A stretch of DNA of 64,000 nucleotides from Syntrophales bacterium (GTDB lineage Bacteria; Desulfobacterota; Syntrophia; Syntrophales; PHBD01), in contig OY764159.1 of the NCBI GenBank assembly GCA_963668175.1, positions 2,752,001 to 2,816,000 of the forward strand, given 5' to 3'. The translations under genes were made by a program, and so were the position numbers. The notes under the pieces are model-generated. The model searched no databases. It worked only from the letters and a program-made list of their open reading frames with translations, and had not been told where the DNA came from. Below, one piece after another: positions 60,056 through 64,000 of the stretch (positions are counted from its first letter, which is position 1; every line of letters starts with the position of its first letter).

Positions 60056-61168
60056 ATGCACAAGATGAACGGAAGAAATACAGGGGCGAACAGGATTATA
60101 CCAATCATTTTGATCGTATGGGTATGCATCGCTGTGTCCGCAGGCGACGCAGGATCAACCGACAGCTATTTCCCTTGCCCCGTTTATGTCAACGCAGGTC
60201 TCAAGGGCAAGCTCCGTCACGTGAAAAAATGGGGTTATATGGACATCCATGAAAAGATCGTCATCAAGCCGCGTTTTAAGGAAGCGTGGAGTTTCAGCGA
60301 AGGGCTGGCCCATGCGATGAATGCCAGATATAAATACGGCTTCATCGATCTTAAGGGGAATTGGGCCGTCAAGCCGCAATTCGACAACGTGAGAAGTTTC
60401 CGTGAGGGCATGGCGGCGGTTTCAATCAAAAGGAAATATGGGTTTGTCGATAAAACGGGCCGGCTCGTCGTCCCGCTTGTCTATGATAACGCTATGGACT
60501 TCCGCGAAGGCCTGGCCCTAGTTGCGGACAACGACAAATGGGGTTTTGTAGATAAAACGGGCCGGGTGGTCGTCCCGCTCATATACGACGAACATGTCTC
60601 GTGCTTCCGCGAAGGTCTGGCCTGTTTTAAGGAAAACAAGAAATACGGTTTCATGGATAAAAAAGGGCAGGTTGTCATTCCGGCGCAGTTCGACAGGGTC
60701 TTGTATGGCTTCAGCGAAGGCCTGGCAGGCGTTCAGATTAACGGGAAATGGGGTTTCATCGACCGCTTCGGCCGGATCGTCATCGAGCCGAAATTCGACA
60801 GGGCCGGGAGGACGGTCATGTTCCGGGAAGGGCTTGCCGCCGTGAAAATCGACGGCAAGTGCGGCTTCATCGACAAGACGGGAGCTATCCGGATCAAGCC
60901 CGATTACAGTTATGCGTTCGACTTTTCCGAGGGGTTCGCGACGGTGACTTTTGATGATGGTACGGACGCTTATATCGACAAATCGGGAAACATCGTCATC
61001 AGGATTGAGGAAAATAAGGGGACTGCATATTGGGAAGGCGATTTCCGCAAAGAAGGCGTAGCGAAAATATGTTTTAACGATTCCAAATATTCGGCAGAGG
61101 ATTGCGGATTCATCAATCGTCAGGGGATATTTGTCATTCAACCTAAATACAATTCCATTCATAATTAA
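60056..61168 (+). CDS. Exported WG-repeat protein (putative immunity protein 5)
   Basis: Signal peptide; repeated F.EGLA.V....K(W/Y)GF.DK.G..VI.P.(F/Y)D units. Confidence 0.9.
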   Translation: MHKMNGRNTGANRIIPIILIVWVCIAVSAGDAGSTDSYFPCPVYVNAGLKGKLRHVKKWGYMDIHEKIVIKPRFKEAWSFSEGLAHAMNARYKYGFIDLKGNWAVKPQFDNVRSFREGMAAVSIKRKYGFVDKTGRLVVPLVYDNAMDFREGLALVADNDKWGFVDKTGRVVVPLIYDEHVSCFREGLACFKENKKYGFMDKKGQVVIPAQFDRVLYGFSEGLAGVQINGKWGFIDRFGRIVIEPKFDRAGRTVMFREGLAAVKIDGKCGFIDKTGAIRIKPDYSYAFDFSEGFATVTFDDGTDAYIDKSGNIVIRIEENKGTAYWEGDFRKEGVAKICFNDSKYSAEDCGFINRQGIFVIQPKYNSIHN

Positions 61169-61192
61169 TTTCTTTGACCAAGGAGGAATAGA

Positions 61193-62419
61193 ATGGCGGG
61201 AACAATTTACAGCAATTTGCAGACCCAAAAACAGAAAGACTGGTACCGTGGCATTGCTCTATTCGGAGACAAGAAAGAAATACCGCTGGATGTGATCAAT
61301 GCCGTGCTCCTGCTCGGGAATCTCGAATCTCGCGGTTTTAGACCGGAGGCGGAGAGCGGTACCGGGGCTTCGGGACTGTTTCAGTATATGGAAGGAAGGT
61401 GGACGGACATCACAGACAAAAATAAAAAGAATAAATTGTATTACGATACTTACAACCAAATGATCGATTGGGGATACAATCCAGCGAGACGCGAGAGGGA
61501 GAATCCGGCCGATCAGGTAATCGTCGTATACGCGGAGGTAGCGAGTTATACGAAGGAATTCAATTCAGCGACTAAACCCCGTGGAAAACGCAACTCGGAT
61601 TATAAGAATGCGTGGAACGCTTACGATAAGGCATGTAAAGGATTGGGGAAGGACTGCCCCACCGATCCCTATGAGAGATACATCCTGTTTGTCCAGGCGG
61701 CTCACCACGGACCGAGCAATATTCAGGAAGTGATAACCGGCTGGAAAAAGCAAATACTACCCAATATCAAGGACAATTTAGAATTTCTGAAATCGAAACG
61801 CAAAGAATGGAACCTGAAGGTCTCCCAGGACGATACGGAGGCTGAAACCGACAAGGTTGCCGAGGCGGCAGAACGGGATTCCGGGCGGACAGCGTCGGCT
61901 GCGCAACCGGACGATGCGTATTCGACCGAAGACAGGAAGAGAAAAGACCTCGCTGCGGGAGACGACGCCGAAGCTGAAACGGCGAGAAGAGGCGACGATG
62001 CGGGCGACCGGGATACCGACGATTCCATGAACAGACAGGGCGGCGTTCCCGCGACGGCCGCGAACGGTTCGTCCGTGGGCATTCCCGATGCTCCATGGCG
62101 GCACGCGATGGACGCGCTCGGAGTAACGTCCAGTGAGATACATTTAACCCCAGCGGATAACAGGAATTTAACGTCGGACTCCTTCGAGATCAGAGATAAC
62201 GACTCATCGGAAAAGATCGGTTCTTGTATGATGACTCCCACCGGCTGCGAAATGACAGCGGGCGACAGGAAGGTCGTGATGGATAAGATAAGCGGCAACG
62301 ACGTCAGCGTGGAAACATACGCCCAAAACGACGATGGAGAATATGAACTCCTGGGGACGACAAGAATCGGCGACAACGACGGCATAACGGTGAGAAGGCT
62401 GTGGACGGGGTTTGCGTGA
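61193..62419 (+). CDS. Effector 5: SLT/lysozyme-like domain + conserved C-terminal domain
   Basis: AAGGAGG RBS; ES..F.P.A....GA.GLFQ transglycosylase motif, AHHGP; CTD 62093-62419. Confidence 0.75.
   Translation: MAGTIYSNLQTQKQKDWYRGIALFGDKKEIPLDVINAVLLLGNLESRGFRPEAESGTGASGLFQYMEGRWTDITDKNKKNKLYYDTYNQMIDWGYNPARRERENPADQVIVVYAEVASYTKEFNSATKPRGKRNSDYKNAWNAYDKACKGLGKDCPTDPYERYILFVQAAHHGPSNIQEVITGWKKQILPNIKDNLEFLKSKRKEWNLKVSQDDTEAETDKVAEAAERDSGRTASAAQPDDAYSTEDRKRKDLAAGDDAEAETARRGDDAGDRDTDDSMNRQGGVPATAANGSSVGIPDAPWRHAMDALGVTSSEIHLTPADNRNLTSDSFEIRDNDSSEKIGSCMMTPTGCEMTAGDRKVVMDKISGNDVSVETYAQNDDGEYELLGTTRIGDNDGITVRRLWTGFA
62093..62419 (+). repeat. Conserved C-terminal domain, copy 5
   Basis: Same motif, ending VRRLWTGFA. 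Confidence 0.95.
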
Positions 62420-62615
62420 TGCAGGGGAGGGCTGATTCTCCGGAGATTGCTTCTGAAAGGAAGAGCAGGAGTCCCTTCACTGGGATTCGATCATGGCCTG
62501 TTCCCGGGAATGACAGATGAGACCGGCACGCATTATTGCGACGCGGCTTCCGGGGCCTGAGGCAGGAAACGATTACGCAAGGATATTTCCATGACGCGGA
62601 GAATGCGGGACAGGG

Positions 62616-62849
62616 TTACGATTTTCGCACGAAATCCGAACAACTGTGTACCGGCAGGAGATACCGATCACGGTGCCTGCAGATGCCGCCGTCGCCGCGA
62701 CTGTCGCCCCTCACGGAACTGAGGCTGCCGATACCCGTGAAATACGCTTCCAGCATAACCGGATCGTTATTGAAATGAGCGCAGTTTCCGCAGCATTGCG
62801 AATCCGGCTTTTCCTTTGCACCATGAGTCGTACGGCGAAAAATGTTCAT
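62616..62849 (-). CDS. Small Cys-motif protein
   Basis: C..C.HF ... G.C ... C..F spacing suggests a metal or FeS site; start uncertain. Confidence 0.5.
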   Translation of the reverse strand: MNIFRRTTHGAKEKPDSQCCGNCAHFNNDPVMLEAYFTGIGSLSSVRGDSRGDGGICRHRDRYLLPVHSCSDFVRKS

Positions 62850-63281
62850 GAGTATCGTTGTCCGATAACTTTCCGGAAGGCGAAAATCACGCCTTTCTTC
62901 ATGATTCATGTGCGTATCCTTGCCCGGCTCCGGCCGTTTGTGAGGCAAGGAAATAATCATGGAAGGACCTTGCCGGCGCGCACGGGCGGGACTTCCCGTA
63001 CCGCTGTCGTCCGCATCATCCCGTAATCGTTCGATGGCCGGAACGGACGAATGCCCGGCGGCGGCTTCCCCGCACCGATGCCGCTGGTGATGAGGCATCG
63101 ACGCCGATTCGCATTCACCCTGCATCCGACGCCGGAACGGGCCAAAGGATCGCCCCTCGCGGGAAGGCGGCGGATAGGCATGGCCGCCTTTTCCGCATTT
63201 CGGAATAGCAGGGCAGGGCCGTTTCGCCGGTCTCGCCCATCGTGCCCGTCCCGCGGCGGGAAAGGGCATTGCTTGCCCGAC

Positions 63282-64000
63282 TCATTGCGGCAAGGGCGCG
63301 ACGGATATGCGGGCGTCGGCCACGTAGCAGCCCTGGCCGGCTTCCATCACCATGATGGGATTCAGGTCCATCTCCCGTATTTCCTGGATGTCTTCGATCA
63401 GGGCCGAAATTCTGAGCAGCAGGTCCTTGACGGCGGCGATATCCGAAGGGGGGGCGCCTCTCCAGCCGTCCAGGATCTTACGCGCCTTGAAGGTATGGAT
63501 CATCTCCTCCGCATCGACGTCCGTCAGGGGATGTATCCTGAAATTGACGTCTTTAAAGAGTTCCGCATAGATGCCGCCGAGTCCGAACATCATGATGGGG
63601 CCCAGATTCCTGTCCTGCGTCACGCCGACGATCAGTTCCACGCCGCCCGACAGCATTTTCTGGACGGTGACGCCCTGCATTTCGTCGCTTCTGGATAGTT
63701 TAGCGACGTTCTCGCCGATCCGGCGATAGGCGTCCGCTACTTCGTCCGCCGATTTCAAATTCAGCATGACGCCGCCGACGTCGGTCTTATGGGTGATGGT
63801 GGGGGAGAAGAGCTTCACGGCCACAGGATAGCCGATGCGGTCGGCGGTTTCCGCGGCTTCTTCCGCCGTCCGGGCGATCCTGGAGGAAGCGGAACGGATG
63901 CCGTAGGCCGCGAAAAGATCGGATATGTCGTCGGAGTTCAGCCATACGGGCCCGTCGTGGCTTTTCGCCAGCGCCTTTTGAATAATGCCTGCGGCCGACT
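63282..64000 (-). CDS. Acetate/acyl-CoA ligase (ADP-forming) ATP-grasp C-terminal part (5' end outside window)
   Basis: HKTDVGGV.L.L, E.IVG...D...GP..MFG.GG...E...DV and E.DLNP.......DARI motifs. Confidence 0.9.
   Translation of the reverse strand, partial: SAAGIIQKALAKSHDGPVWLNSDDISDLFAAYGIRSASSRIARTAEEAAETADRIGYPVAVKLFSPTITHKTDVGGVMLNLKSADEVADAYRRIGENVAKLSRSDEMQGVTVQKMLSGGVELIVGVTQDRNLGPIMMFGLGGIYAELFKDVNFRIHPLTDVDAEEMIHTFKARKILDGWRGAPPSDIAAVKDLLLRISALIEDIQEIREMDLNPIMVMEAGQGCYVADARISVAPLPQ

Noticed and set aside
46848..62419. Calling the shared C-terminal domain XVIPCD, a T9SS CTD or an autotransporter
   Set aside because: The XVIPCD GL..IDHV and F.VQG motifs and Gln-rich tail are absent, the proteins have no signal peptide, and the domain is too short for a beta-barrel translocator; only the architecture is analogous

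Overview
GC-rich bacterial DNA. The gene set suggests an anaerobic deltaproteobacterium (Syntrophales-like); this is inference only. (1) 1-~25.1 kb: the late region of a podovirus-type prophage on the + strand, with scaffold, major capsid, cement, tail tubular A/B, a lower-GC variable tail insert, GNAT, internal virion/ejection proteins, tail fibre, lysis cassette and four signal-peptide proteins with phage-like segments. The ejection region is a duplicated cassette: a 578-bp shared core carries alternative C-terminal BECR-type nuclease-like tips, and every tip (intact or remnant) is followed by an antisense TTGACA-17-TAnnnT promoter. (2) 25.3-44.2 kb: ordinary host genes (SnoaL-like, flavin reductase, SdpI, MCP, FecR/LysM plus CHASE2 kinase, two hybrid kinases, AtpZ-like). 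(3) 44.4-56.5 kb and 60.0-62.4 kb: the most striking feature, an array of five 'upstream envelope protein + effector' pairs. The effectors have unrelated N-terminal toxin-like domains (Ntox44-like+LysM, NNPGN lysozyme-like, lysozyme-like+LysM, glycine zipper, SLT-like), no signal peptide, and share a ~108-aa C-terminal domain I cannot assign to a known family. This is a candidate undescribed polymorphic toxin/immunity system with a C-terminal export tag. It also has duplicated immunity genes, 5' toxin remnants, mosaic C-terminal-domain DNA and a shared promoter. A Tat flavocytochrome c gene separates the two parts, and an acyl-CoA synthetase fragment ends the window. All family assignments come from motif recognition by eye, not database searches.
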